Shown: positions 26,085 to 39,277 of the stretch, piece after piece | Layout of the letters: each line of letters opens with the position of its first letter | Numbering within the stretch: the stretch's first letter is position 1 | Assembly: GCA_951406725.2 (NCBI GenBank) | Contig: OX597821.1 | Location: 14,136,001-14,200,000, forward strand | From: Octopus vulgaris | Taxonomy: Eukaryota | Direction of reading: 5' to 3' | DNA length: 64,000 nucleotides | The notes under the pieces: model-generated | What the model saw: the letters and a program-made list of their open reading frames with translations, nothing else | What the model was told of the DNA's origin: nothing | Database searches by the model: none | Made by a program: the position numbers and the translations under genes

Positions 26085-27084
26085 TGGCAGCAGCAGCAGA
26101 TAGAAATGAATTAAAGTGTTTCCTACCTCAACTCCTGATGCTCAATTTGCAGTTTTAAAGGTTTGAAGGTTTTAAAATAATCCTGAATTAGTGTTAGTAA
26201 TTGTAAACTATTTTGATATTTATCATTTCTTAATGTATTCAGAAATAACCTTCAGTTTTGACATTATAATGAAAGGATATTTGAGCCAAATTTGGAATAC
26301 CTGTTAAAGAATTAAGACTTGGAAGTAATGTGCAATAGGCTTTCCTCAGATACTTTTAATCATGCATTTGGGAAAAATACATTTACTTTTCTTGAATTAC
26401 TCTGTGTAACATAATGGTAGTACATTTAATAAAGCACTTGTTTCTCAGATAACACCCTAGTTCTTATATCTGATAATGTTTTTGTGACTGTCCATCACAA
26501 TACTACAGTTATGAAAAGATGTGCCATTGAATGGACAATTGAGTCAATTTAAGCTGTTCCCTGAGTGTTGTTACAGTAAAGTGAGAAGTTACTTGATATT
26601 TCAGTAATCTTAATTATCCCAAGTCATTTAAGGCAACATGTGAGTGCAAGGATTTAAAAAAGAACTTCTGATTCTGTTATTAATATTAATATTGTCAAAG
26701 ATTGGAAATTGCATATAAATACATATAGTGGAGCAGATAAGAAATTGAAACCATGTGTTTCAAATAATGGTTTGTGTGCATGCTTCTTTCGAGTACAAGG
26801 ATTAAAATGACACCTGAAGTTGAGGAAAGAATAGACCAACTGAAATCTAGTGTAAATAGAAGCAGGAAAAAATTATGGTCAATAGTCCAACCTAATCTAG
26901 AATTAAACTCATCTTACAAACACAGACGAAGGGAAAATATTTTCATTTTAAAATTCGTATTTATTTGATTTTTAAATGTTAACGAGAAACTATTTTTCAT
27001 TTTAGAAATAAAGTGTAAAAGAATCAATAAATTAAAAAAACAACTTTATCTAATAATTTAGCGTAGATTAATGAGTTTTCCCCA

Positions 27085-27470
27085 TCAACACCAGCATTGT
27101 CGTTATCATAATTTCTATGTCTGCTTCCCATGCTGGTTTAGATGGGTCATCATGATCTGTGACATCTCTTATTAGTAGCTGTTCATACATGTCATTTAGT
27201 TTGGTCTCTATGGCTACATACCTTTCCAATCACCAATGACTTTACAGAGTGAATGGGATGCATTTTCTCATGGCATCAATACTGGAAAGGTTGAATAGTC
27301 TTTGGCAAGATAAGACTAAAAGCAACTCTATGCTTTCTCTGCTTGTTTACTACTACTTAACAAAGTGTAGTGAGTTCATTTTTTTCATGGCACCAGCACT
27401 AGAAAGATTGTTTCACTCACCAATCATTCTAGAGTGAGTGGGTAGAGTATGACTTTTTATCATGGTGCCA
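27085..27470 (-). mobile_element. Diverged RTE-tail element (family D)
   Basis: cccatgctgg..., tttctcatggca repeats, diverged family D motifs. Confidence 0.5.
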
Positions 27471-27621
27471 GTATAAGAGGTAGGGTGCTTGTACAAAGTA
27501 AATGCAGAGTGTATTCAGAATTTTATTAATCTTTAAATAGAAAAACGAATGCAATCATTTTTATAAACAACACAGTTTTTAGATGAAGAAGATGAAAGTT
27601 CAGTTAGCAGAGAACCAGTTA

Positions 27622-27986
27622 TCTTTATATATAAAAGTAAGGTTGTGTGCTGTCTGTCTCCTACGATTTAGATTCCTAACTACTCCCACATTTTGCGGTG
27701 CAGTTTAGCTAAAACCAGGTATCTTATAGTCGTGATTCATATCGAGCCCTTCTGAGTCTATGATTTAAAAAAAATTTACCATCAATTTTTCCCATTTTTA
27801 ATGCATGTTTGGAATATATAAGGGAAGTAACTCTCTAAAAATTTATTATTAAATCTCAGAATGTAAAAAGCTACAGTAACACTTGTGGTTAGCCATATTG
27901 AGATGATTATTATACTTTACATCTCTAAAAATGCTTATATAGTTATTTCCCTTACAAACCCGAGCAACGCCGGGCAATACTGCTAG
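27622..27986 (+). mobile_element. Non-autonomous Helitron
   Basis: A|TC 5' start (tctttatatataaaag), subterminal hairpin cccgagcaacgccggg at 27959-27974, CTAG|T 3' end. Confidence 0.85.
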
Positions 27987-29206
27987 TATATTATGGAATT
28001 CTTTACTTATAAGAATTGCAGCATATTTTTACTGTGAGTCTCAGTTGCAAAGTGAATCGAGAAACCAAAAACACATCAAGGTTGCACTTCAAATAACAGC
28101 TTATTGGTTTCATGCATGCTATTTTTAGGTTTGTTAAATAGCTGAAGAAATGTCTAGATATATGCTTAACAACTCACATGAACAATTTTAGGATAAAAAT
28201 ATAGTTATCTGCAGTCATATTAAAATCTGCTTTCAGGTAGTCACAAGATCCAAATTTATGCAAAGAACTGTGTTTTCATGAAATCTGTTCATAGAAGGGG
28301 ATTTATCTATAAGCTCTTAAGGATTATACCGTAACCAATTGAAACTGAAAACTCTGTTTACCACAGATCGACAAAGAAAATTTGTATCAAGATACATTGG
28401 TATTTAAATGGGCTATGTCCGAGAAACTGATTTAAGCATTATTCAGTTGCAACCTCAATTAAAAATAAAACTGCCAATAGTAATAATATTAAAGATTGAC
28501 ATAGTAATTATAGATTTGCATAATAATTGAGATTAAAGATGGTTGCTTGCCAGAATACAAAAGAGCAATAGAGAGAACAGTTAGAATTTGTTGCATGGTT
28601 CAGGAACTTGGAAAAAGAATTAGAAAACCTTAAAAGTTTGGTAGGAATTATAAGTCACTATTTGTATAATGTAAATCTCGGTGATAAATTAAGATTCTTT
28701 GAGCTGATAGGACATTTCAAGAATGAAAGATATCATGTGCGATGTATAAAACTGAAAAGACTCTTGTAAGTCTTGGTAAACGGTTAAGAAATAAATCTTA
28801 GAAGGTGATGATAATTTCGAATTTTTTTTTGATTGGTAAACAGAAATATTTCTGATTGAGTATAGATGAGACATGAAGAAGTATAATATCTATGTACATA
28901 AGAATTAGCAGTTATTTGATGAAGAGTCTATTAATGAAAATAGATGCCTTTCTGGAAAGTAAAATAAATGGATAAGATGCCTAATGTCCTCTATGATATT
29001 GAGAACGGTAAGAAGACTAACTGACCAACCATGAGTAGAATACACATTTACAGGCGATCTTACATATTATTAGATGAACAATGGTTCAAGTTAAATATAA
29101 CTGATAGTCATTTCTCTACTCTATTGAATCAATGGTCAAATTGCTGTATAGTTATGCCTGTTATCTAGGGTGGATGCACAACCATTAGGAATGAAACAGA
29201 TTGTTT

Positions 29207-29270
<64 letters not shown>

Positions 29271-29425
29271 CTACAATTATACCATTAGAAAATGTAGGGT
29301 GACTTAATTTATAAATATTAAAGAAACCTTGCATGAAATTAAAATTTCAGTTAAGTATTTTGAAATGATTTGTAAAAATCTTGACTTACCATTTAATTTC
29401 CATTTAGCTTCCGCTAATGACATAA

Positions 29426-30393
29426 TTAGCCACTGGCGTCAGCTGATACTACATTGTCTTTTGGATCATCAGAATTTTTTTCAATATCATTAATTAAATT
29501 GTCGAGAGGATAGTCTCCATTTTGAGCTAACGTCAAAGAAGTCATCTTTTCGGTCATATAGTCCGCACATTTGTCACCATATTTATCAATGTCCATATGG
29601 TTATCACCTTCATTGGATGGGGATGACCTTGACGTTGGCTGTTCAATGAGACTAATATCTGAGGCTGATTGGTCAACAGAATTTGTACCTTGATAGCTTT
29701 CATCATTATCCATATTGTCCGAGGGGCTTGTGTCCTGTTGCCAAAGCAACTGTTGCTCTTTATTGTCCAAGTCTTTCCAGCACTTAAGTTTCTCTAGGCT
29801 AGCTGCACTGTCACTGAATTCCAGTTCTTCTCCTTCCCGTTCTTCAGAAGTGTTGCTCTGGGTGTCACTGTCTGGAGAATCCAATTCATCTGTTGGGCCG
29901 GTAGGTGAAGGGGTAGGGGTGGAAGAAATAGCCATGGCACCAGACTCCTCGTCCAAGTCGATGCTTGGACAGATTACTTTAATCGGTGGAGACGTTACCA
30001 TGGCTGATAGGATGGTTGGGTTGGCAGTTTCCAATTGTTGCTGTTGCAGTTGATGGTTTTGGTTTTGGTGATGGTGGTGGTGGTGGTGGAACTGATGTTG
30101 GTTGTTATAAAGTTCGTTATTACTGTGATTATTGAATGTTTGATAGTTGTTGACAATAGTCACAGAGTCCATGATATTTTTGGGACGACACGTCTGGGAA
30201 CATAGAGTTTTTTGATCCCCGGCGAAATTTTCAAGAAGAGTTTCAGTCTCTTCTTTATTTAAAGCATCTTTTTTCAGTATCGATTTTTTTTTCAAAGTAG
30301 CAGGAGAATCTGAAATGATGGTTGGTGTAGCTCTCTTTACTGAGGGTGACTGCTCTGAGTAGGAATCAGAGGAGGAGTTATCTTTGATTTTAT
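29426..30393 (-). CDS. Last coding exon of an unidentified gene; ~320 aa Ser/Asp/Glu/Gln/His-rich, likely disordered region with KKKSILKK (SILK-like motif)
   Basis: 340-codon non-microsatellite ORF with raised GC; acceptor tttgtttttattgtag|AT at 30394 (phase 1); stop TAA at 29426-29428; donor aatg|gtaagt at 29389. Confidence 0.8.
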
Positions 30394-30861
30394 CTACAAT
30401 AAAAACAAATCGAAAACAAACCATTAAATACATTTCTAATAAAAACATGAAATGTTATGAATAAGCTAAAAATAGACAACATGGTCTTCAAAAACTGAAT
30501 ATGAAAGATTAACAAATATAAAAAGAAAATTACTTTCAGAGTATAACAATAAAATAAAAGTTTCATTTTGATAGAATTATCAACCTTATATAAAGATAGA
30601 TATTTATAAATGTTAGGGTGATGGTTAACTTACTTCCAATTTAAAACCTATTCATGATAATCTTAAAGCAAGCCTAATGAATATGTAAACATCTAATGGA
30701 CATTACAATAAAATTGCAGTAGCTGAGTTAATTCAGTTCTATAAATAGAATTGTTTATAACACTATATACAATTTGCTGTTCCGTTCTGATATTTCAATA
30801 CTTTTTCTCTTTTTCTCTTACACGCACACACTACATACACTGTATACATGTGTGTGTGTGT

Positions 30862-30922
<61 letters not shown>

Positions 30923-31105
30923 TACACACACAGGCATATACACACTGTATGTATACACATCACACATGCACGAACAAAAATTTCTCTCTTTCTCTCTCTC
31001 TCTCTCTCCTTGTGTACACACACACACACACACACACATCTGCATGTGCATGTATATTTGTGTGTGTGTTTGTATGTGTGTATGTGTGTGCATATGCACA
31101 TGTGT

Positions 31106-31308
31106 AAGGGGCCTGAAAGAAATTTGGCAAAGTGGTACAAGACTGTTTCAGACCCTGGGAGGTATGGATTCTCACAAAATTGAAGGTAGTGGGACTGTAA
31201 GTTTTTTTTCTTTTTAATCTTTCAGAGTACCTAGTAGACAGTCACGGGCCCCATCCCCTGGTATTCTGGGTTTCAGATCAATGTACCAGCCAAACCCATT
31301 TCTTAAGG

Positions 31309-31312
<4 letters not shown>
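31106..31312. mobile_element. Possible old MITE with imperfect terminal inverted repeats
   Basis: ggggcctgaaagaaat...tggtaca versus tgtacca...atttcttaaggcctc. Confidence 0.35.
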
Positions 31313-31354
<42 letters not shown>

Positions 31355-31868
31355 ATGTTAATCATTAAGCTTTGTACTGGTTTTTATAATTAGTTTGTAA
31401 AACTAAAAGTAGAAATAAAGGGTTTCAGAAAAAGAGAAGCAAAACTGTTTATATTGGATTCTCATACTACTGGAATATCAATATAGCCATAAAAAAAAAT
31501 CAGATATGCTCCAAGTTAAGTAAAGGAGCTCTGTATTCTTGTAATGGCCTTGATTCATGTGCAAGAAAGCAATATGCAAATGAGTATAGAAAGGGTGACC
31601 TAACAATCAGGGTGCACCAAATGCATTTTGTAGTATTTAATATAATAATAGAAAGAATCATTAATGCTGAGTGAAAGACTAATTATATAATGTCAGTGCA
31701 AGCCATGTGGTGCTATGAAATTATATGATGTGAGTGTGTAAGCTGTGGAATAAAATCTTGAAAATATTGCTAGATAATATAGAGCAATGTTTCTTAGTCA
31801 TTAGTCATTAGTCATTTTGCTTTGTTCAGGGCTCTATTTCAACTGTCCCAAGATATGTACATCCACCA

Positions 31869-31914
<46 letters not shown>

Positions 31915-32507
31915 CACACATATATACATATATAAATTTATTACACAATTGAAAGAGTTACAAATTGTTTTACGCTTTTATGATACTTTACCCAGGCATA
32001 TTTATAATATGCCATATATCTCCAAGCAATCATTCAAGTGTATTTTATAAATATGTCAAAGTGTCATAAAAGCATGAAACTGTTAGTAGCTCTTTTGGTT
32101 GTGTATTAAATTGATATCTATCTCTTGTGCAACTGAGGAGCAAAATGATTGGATGTGCTCTTTTAGGTGCCTAGTTTTAATTTATGAAAATTTGTGTGCA
32201 AGTGATTTGAGAAAGCATAGTGACAACTATACACACAGTCATATATATAGTTCAAATAGGCAATATATATGCTAGGTGTAATGTGTTGTGAAAATGGTAA
32301 TGGGAGGTAGAAATGATAAAGTTTAATAAAACAAGACTTGGAATGATTAGGTGAATTGTTAGAAAATTGAGACTTGATAAAAGATGATTTAGAATCAAAG
32401 TGCATATAAGAAAATTTCACATGCACATACATATATATGTATATATCTAATATCACCTGAGTAATAACCTCACAATGTGCATTTTAAAGCTTCCTCTACA
32501 GTTATCA

Positions 32508-32582
<75 letters not shown>

Positions 32583-32593
32583 ATATATATATA

Positions 32594-32652
<59 letters not shown>

Positions 32653-32655
<3 letters not shown>

Positions 32656-32911
32656 GAGGCACAATAGCCCAGTGATTAGGGCAGCAGACTCATGGTCGTA
32701 GGATTGCGGTTTCGATTCCCAGACTGGGCATTGTGAGTGTTTATTGAGCGAAAACACCTAAAGTTCCATACAGGGGGTGGTGGCAACTTTCTCTTACTCT
32801 TTCTTCTCTTGGCCTGCTCGCTTAGCCAGTAGGGTGGTGTCATTTGAAGCGCATTGTGACCAGCGATGTGTAGCAACATCTGATAGCCTGGTCGGTCACA
32901 TGATTACGTGA
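32653..32911 (+). mobile_element. SINE family C head with an alternative tail
   Basis: Head matches reverse of 56100-56213 (B-box gtttcgattccc); 3' part instead resembles 62220-62325. Confidence 0.85.
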
Positions 32912-33949
32912 TATATATATATGAAGGAACAGTATAAAATAGGGATTCAGAGAATTGTACACCCATCACAGCAAGCTCATCCAATGGACTTGGCTATCAG
33001 TCTTTGTTGCAATCAATTACAAATTTTGTTTATTTGCATTAATTTGTGAATATACAATTGTGTTGTATAATGCTGAGCATACATATTAAGGCATACAAAA
33101 AGATTATGAAACAGCCATAATCATATGGAAGTCATATAGCTAAATAAATCTATCTTTATCTCTCACACCTCCTGAAGTTATGCGTTATATTATAAATTAA
33201 GTATTTTAGATGTTAATCATTGCCAAAAAATATAGGCTTGAATGGTACTTAAAATTGCAAGCATGATAACTCAAATGCAGTGTGATTTCATGTTTTGATT
33301 TTGAAATAAATAAATGGATAACTAACTGAATAATTAAATAGCGCCTGAAGCCTGTCGGGTAAGGTCACAACATTCATTGTGAAATAACTCATTTTAATTG
33401 CTATATTTTGTAATAGTATTCTTAATTATCGCCCTTAGAATTAGCGTGTATATGTCAAGAACATATGCATGTAGCACTCCAAATTTTGATAGAATTAAAA
33501 ATTGCTTCTTTATTTAATCCCATGCACCTTAAATTTCCCATTATTTCAGAAAGCCTAATAGAAGTTATTATGTAAGATTTGCAGAGAAATCTAAACTATT
33601 CTGCATACATCACATTGCTTAATCTGTTTAGTCAGACATTTGGACTTAATTCTTGTGGCATACACCTTGAGATTGGACATTCTGAGTAAACGATTAAAAC
33701 TAATGACCATATGTATTGTCACAGATCCAGTCAAAACGTTGCAGTAAAAAGATGCATATTCACATGAAATTTCCTGGGTAAAAAAACCTAGATGTAAACT
33801 TTTGTAGACAAAAGTGCTATTTAGTGATACACCCAATGACACTGGGAAGTGGTCTCCTGTACTTAAAATGGCAAGATCTGCATACTGTATACTCAGTACA
33901 AACAATACATACGCAGAAAGTTTAATAGGCATCTTTGTAATTAGAAACA

Positions 33950-34480
33950 AATCAGAGGTTAAATGTGGCAGGTATACACTAGTGAAGTTTGAATCATGAA
34001 TGCCTAGAAGACATACTTGCTGTATGTAATTGAAATAGCTTATCCTTAAGTTGACAGCAATGAAGGTTTAATAAGAAGGCTAGTGAAGATTTAGAAGATA
34101 ATCAGAGAGAAGCTATCTGTGCCTGCAACAAGGATTTGTCTAGGAGCATGCTTCATGCAGCATGTGCAAGAAATATGATGTTGCATGGTGAAGCATAATT
34201 ATTGACTGCAGATCTGCAGATGCAGAAATGAAATTACTTAAATATAATTCATTGGCTGTGCAACATAAATGTTCATGAAAAGCAGAATGGAAGACGAGCC
34301 GGAAAGAAGCTGGGTAATGCAAGCATTATTTTGATGTGTGCAGAAAAGATGGTTGCATGATATAGCCAAACAACATGAATGTTTGACGCCTGCAAGTCAG
34401 CTGTGCTTTGTGCTTGTGGAAGAAAGTTTTTATGACCAAGGCAAATGAAGAAAGATATGCAAAAATGTTGTGGGATCAAA
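33950..34480 (+). mobile_element. Possible highly decayed RTE LINE 3' end
   Basis: Remnants CNKDL and CACGRKFL (zinc-finger-like end); frameshifted. Confidence 0.3.
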
Positions 34481-34784
34481 TGTGATAAAGATGACCACCA
34501 CATCTGGGATGACACAAGATTAAAAAGAATAACTTGGTGTATTGCAGACCTGTATTACTGTACCAGCTTGGGAAAGCAATGAGAATTACCTATATAATTT
34601 TTTTCTTCATACATGTGTTGTAAAAATAGCAAGATCAGTAAAGGCAATATTTCATTAGTTGTCTCAGAAAATCCAGCTTTATCAATTCCAACAAATGCTG
34701 AATATTGACTAAAATAATTTGAAGTAGGTAATTATGACTTTATTTCATGAAAACTGGTTCCTTATAACACACACATACACACAC

Positions 34785-34960
34785 ACACACACACTACAGC
34801 ACATGCACTACAACACACGCACACACTCATACACACACACACACACACACACACACTACAACACATGCACTACAACACACGTACACACTCATACACACAC
34901 ACACACACACACACACTACAACACATGCACTACAACACACGTACACACTCATACACACAC
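34785..34960. repeat. ~60-bp CA-rich minisatellite, about 3 copies
   Basis: Repeated cacactacaacacatgcactacaacacacgtacacactcatacaca. Confidence 0.85.
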
Positions 34961-34968
34961 AGGCAAAT

Positions 34969-35001
<33 letters not shown>

Positions 35002-35127
35002 TGATATGATATATGATTTATATATGCATGATTAGAAAATAAGATGACATGTTTCTGCTATAAGATGTATAATATGTATGTATGATTACATATTTATATA
35101 TTTTTGATGATGATGATGATGTATATG

Positions 35128-35277
<150 letters not shown>

Positions 35278-35496
35278 TGTATGTATGTATGTGTGTATGT
35301 ATATAATGGCAAATTGAATGTTATGAATGTATCTCCTATATTACTGATGACCTGAAAGAAAATCAGGGAAATAAAATTTAATTATTAGTTATATTTCTCC
35401 TACAACGATTTCTGTATTTCTAAGACTTGTATGTCATTCAGCATAGCTCTAGATTATATTACATCACTGTATAAAGCATGGTTAAAAGGGACAATC

Positions 35497-35700
35497 AGTG
35501 GTGCAGTTGTTGCTTTATGGTTCAGAAATTCACTTTGGTTGCATATGTTTGAGGGTTCAATCCCACTGCACAGACACTGTCCTCTGGCCTCTTCTGTCAT
35601 AACTATGAATTGACTTGTGTCACATGAGTGAAATTTGCTTGACAGAAACTGGAGAAAGGGCCATTGTGCATGTGTATGTGTGCACGTTTGTGTGTGGGAG
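35497..35700 (+). mobile_element. Diverged SINE A 5' half
   Basis: gggttcaatcccactgcac B-box region, gacagaaactggagaaag. Confidence 0.55.
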
Positions 35701-36144
35701 ACTGTATGCTTATTATCAAGAGAGGCAGTGTTCATACAAACTGTGTTGCAGTGGTGTAGCATGGGGTGAACAGAGTGTGTAGAACACACTGGCAGTTACT
35801 TTATATATGTGTGTGTTTGCTATTGTTAAAAACTTGTAACAGTTAAGGAAGTGGGATGGCAACCAATTTAGCAAATACATTATAAAATGTAATGCGTATT
35901 TATTCACCTTGTTTTTAATTATATTTCTATATTTAAGAGATGAGGAATTGTGTACATTATTTACATTATTTACAATTGATAGCAATTTGTCCCTATCTTG
36001 TTTGTTGTTATCATGTTTCGGCTGATATACTCTCCAGCCTTCATCAGGTGTCATGCAGAAATTTCGAACCTGGGTTCTCATTTCTAGGTTATTTTTCGAT
36101 GTTATTATTATTATTATTGTTATTATTATTATTACTGTTATTAC

Positions 36145-36178
<34 letters not shown>

Positions 36179-36189
36179 GTCATTATTAT

Positions 36190-36635
36190 TGAGTGAGAGA
36201 GCAGTTCATGCCATCAAAGTGACACTGGGGTAAAATATACGAAGCCCAATATACCCATCATGACTACCCGTCTGATAAGGGTACACCAGGCACATGCATC
36301 ACAACCATATGTGCACGACATGGTGATCTCATATCAAGATAAACAGCACATGACCTTGCAGGTGGGGCCCAGTTAGAATTTTCTTCAGGTTGAGTAGGCC
36401 ATCCCGCTCAAAAGGTCCCTGAATAAGGGTTGTTTAAGGATGTTGAAAGAACCACCCATGTTTCCAGAGGTGAATTATTCAAACCCCAAAGAATTCCACT
36501 TAACACATGGCTATGATGCTCCCCCACTACTTCTGCTCGTCGTCAGAGATGCACATATCATCAGCCACTAAGGGACATGCTCAACTGGTTAAGGTCAAAC
36601 AACTGACAAGCAAATCTGTGGTATTGAGCAGAATA
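36190..36635 (-). mobile_element. Unclassified insertion with (AAT)n at its end, nested in the composite element
   Basis: GC-richer unique block bounded by (ATT)n; absent from copy 2 of the host element. Confidence 0.55.
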
Positions 36636-36659
36636 TTTTATTATTATTATTATAATTTA

Positions 36660-36889
36660 ATTCTTTATTGCCCACAAGGAGCTAAACACAGAGAGGACAA
36701 ACAAGGACAGACAAATGGATTAAGTCGATTACATCGACCCCAGTGCGTAACTGGTACTAATTTAATCAACCCCGAAAGGATGAAAGGCAAAGTTAACCTC
36801 GGTGGAATTTGAATTCAGAACATAAAGACAGACGAAATAACGTTAAGCATTTCGCCCGGCATGCTAACGATTCTACCAGCTCGTCACCT
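36660..36889 (-). mobile_element. SINE family B nested in the composite element
   Basis: Colinear with reverse of 18933-19165. Confidence 0.9.
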
Positions 36890-37197
36890 GTAAGTATTAT
36901 TATTATAATTAATCAGGTCATTGCCTGGAATCAAACTCGGAATCTTGGGGTTAGTAGTCCGCGCTCTTAACCACTACACCCTATGCTCACTTTTAATTAA
37001 TCATGCATTATCTCATAGCTTCAAGATTTCAACGATGAGATTATTTATTTTTACAATAACATCGTAGAGTAGGTATGAAATGTTCAATTGGACCAGTTTG
37101 AATACAAAATAGGTGGAATATTTTGACCAGATACAGCTAATTTAAATGGAAGTGGGATAACAACTAATTTAGCAAATACACTGTCTGTCAAATATAA

Positions 37198-37611
37198 TAC
37201 TCTTTTACTCTTTTACTTGTTTCAGTCATTTGACTGCGGCCATGCTGGAGCACCGCCTTTAATTGAGCAACTCGACATCGGTACTTATTCTTTTGTAAAC
37301 CCAGTACTTATTCTATCGGTCTCTTTTGCCGAACCGCTAAGTAACGGGGACATAAACACACCAGCATCGGTTGTCAAGCAATGCTAGTGGGACAAACACA
37401 GACACACAAACACACAGACACACATATATATATATATATACATATATACGACAGGCTTCTTTCAGTTTCTGTCTACCAAATCCACTCACAAGGCTTTGGT
37501 CGGCCCGAGGCTATAGTAGAAGACACTTGCCCAAGGTGCCACGCAGTGGGACTGAACCCGGAACCATGCGGTTGGTAAACAAGCTACTTACCACACAGCC
37601 ACTCCTGCGCC
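37198..37611 (-). mobile_element. SINE family A, young
   Basis: Full-length, CpGs retained. Confidence 0.93.
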
Positions 37612-38091
37612 TATGTTTATTTATTCATATTGTTTCTAATTAATCATGCATTATCCAATAGTGTCAGGATTTTGATGATGATATTGTTTAATTTTAGAAT
37701 GGCATTGAAGGTTATGTGTGAGAGATCTGACTGGTTTGGCTATGAAACAGGTAAAATATTTGTGCTGGATATGGCTGGTTTAAATGCTCAAGGGCTAAGG
37801 AAATGGGATGGCAGTCAATTTAGCAGATGCACAGGGGAGCCAAAATGTATGCTATGCTACTGCTGTGTTATTTGTTTGCAATGCTCTGTGAAAGCATGTC
37901 CAGACTGTTTGTTGAACTTTAGACTAGGGGAAGTATTTTATTGCTTGGAAACAGGGAAGAGATGGCAACAAGAAGAGTATCTGGCTGTAAAATCTCTGCT
38001 TCCAAAAAGTTATCTGAACCATGAAAGAAAGGAAAAAAAGTGAATGCTAAAATGCTGATGATGAATTCTAAGAATTGTAGAGTTGCATGAT

Positions 38092-38480
38092 TCTTTTACT
38101 TTTACTTTTATTTGCTTCAGTCATTTGACTGCAGCCATGCTGGAGCACTGCCTTTAATCGAGCAAATCGACCCCAGGACTTATTATTTGTAAGCCTAGTA
38201 CTTATTCTATCGGTCTCTTTTGCCGAACCGCTAAGTGATGGGGACGTAAACACACCAGCATCAGTTGTCAAGTGATGTTGGGGGACAAACACAGACACAC
38301 AAACACACATATATATACGATGGGCTTCTTTCAGTTTCCATCTACCAAATCCACTCACAAGGCTTTGGTCGGCCTGAGGCTATAGTAGAAGACACTTGCC
38401 CAAGGTGCTATGCAGTGAGACTGAACCTGGAACCATGTGGTTTGTAAGCAAGCTACTTACCACACAGCCACGCCTATGCC
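38092..38480 (-). mobile_element. SINE family A
   Basis: Full-length match. Confidence 0.92.
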
Positions 38481-38979
38481 TATGATACTCAAAAATTATC
38501 AGCTTATAGTACATAATAAAACACAGAGTAGAGTGATAATTATTTAGATATAGAAATGCTACCAAAAAACCCCCCAGAAAACTGTAATATTAGCTTGTTT
38601 TGGCTATGCATAAAAGTAATAAAATTTTTAATGATTTGTAAAGGACAAAATGTGACATTTATGCCCTTTCCTAGGCTCTTAATGGCATGATTGAAAGAAA
38701 GGGTTTCAGTTGGGAATCAGAACTATAACAAGGAATTTGCTTGCTTAAAGCTTACAACTTGCTCTACAATGTTTGCATATTTCAAAATAGGGAAAAATAA
38801 GTTTTATTGCATTAAAAATAAAATGATGGGAAAAGTCAAAAACAAGTTTTGAAAAATCATTCATTTGCAAAGAGTTTCCAAATATGGAAGAAAAAAAATC
38901 TAAATTAGAACTAGGTCTTATATAATATGTACCTATCTATCGACCTGTCTGTCTGTCTATTTGCCTGCCTGCCTGTTTG

Positions 38980-39027
<48 letters not shown>

Positions 39028-39072
39028 CACATATAATATACATACATATATATATTTATGTATATATATATG

Positions 39073-39108
<36 letters not shown>

Positions 39109-39216
39109 CACACACATATATATGTATATATAAATATATATACACATGTACATATATATGTACATATATATACATACATATATGCATGCATACATACATA
39201 CATACATATATATATG

Positions 39217-39262
<46 letters not shown>

Positions 39263-39277
39263 TATATATATATAATA

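Larger units (their letters stand above)
35922..36990 (-). mobile_element. Composite tRNA-head/(AAT)n/hammerhead-tail element, copy 1, with two nested insertions
   Basis: 9-bp direct repeat ttttaatta (35913-35921, 36991-36999); tRNA-like head 36914-36990; hammerhead core 36016-36052; tail matches 50482-50660. Confidence 0.8.

Noticed and set aside
28200-29150. Possible ancient LINE RT relic
   Set aside because: Motif resemblance too weak to support
29715-30053. 112-aa plus-strand ORF
   Set aside because: Antisense shadow of the real exon
36914-36990. tRNA gene calls for SINE heads (also 50692, 52694, 56140)
   Set aside because: No complete cloverleaf or acceptor stem; embedded in repeats
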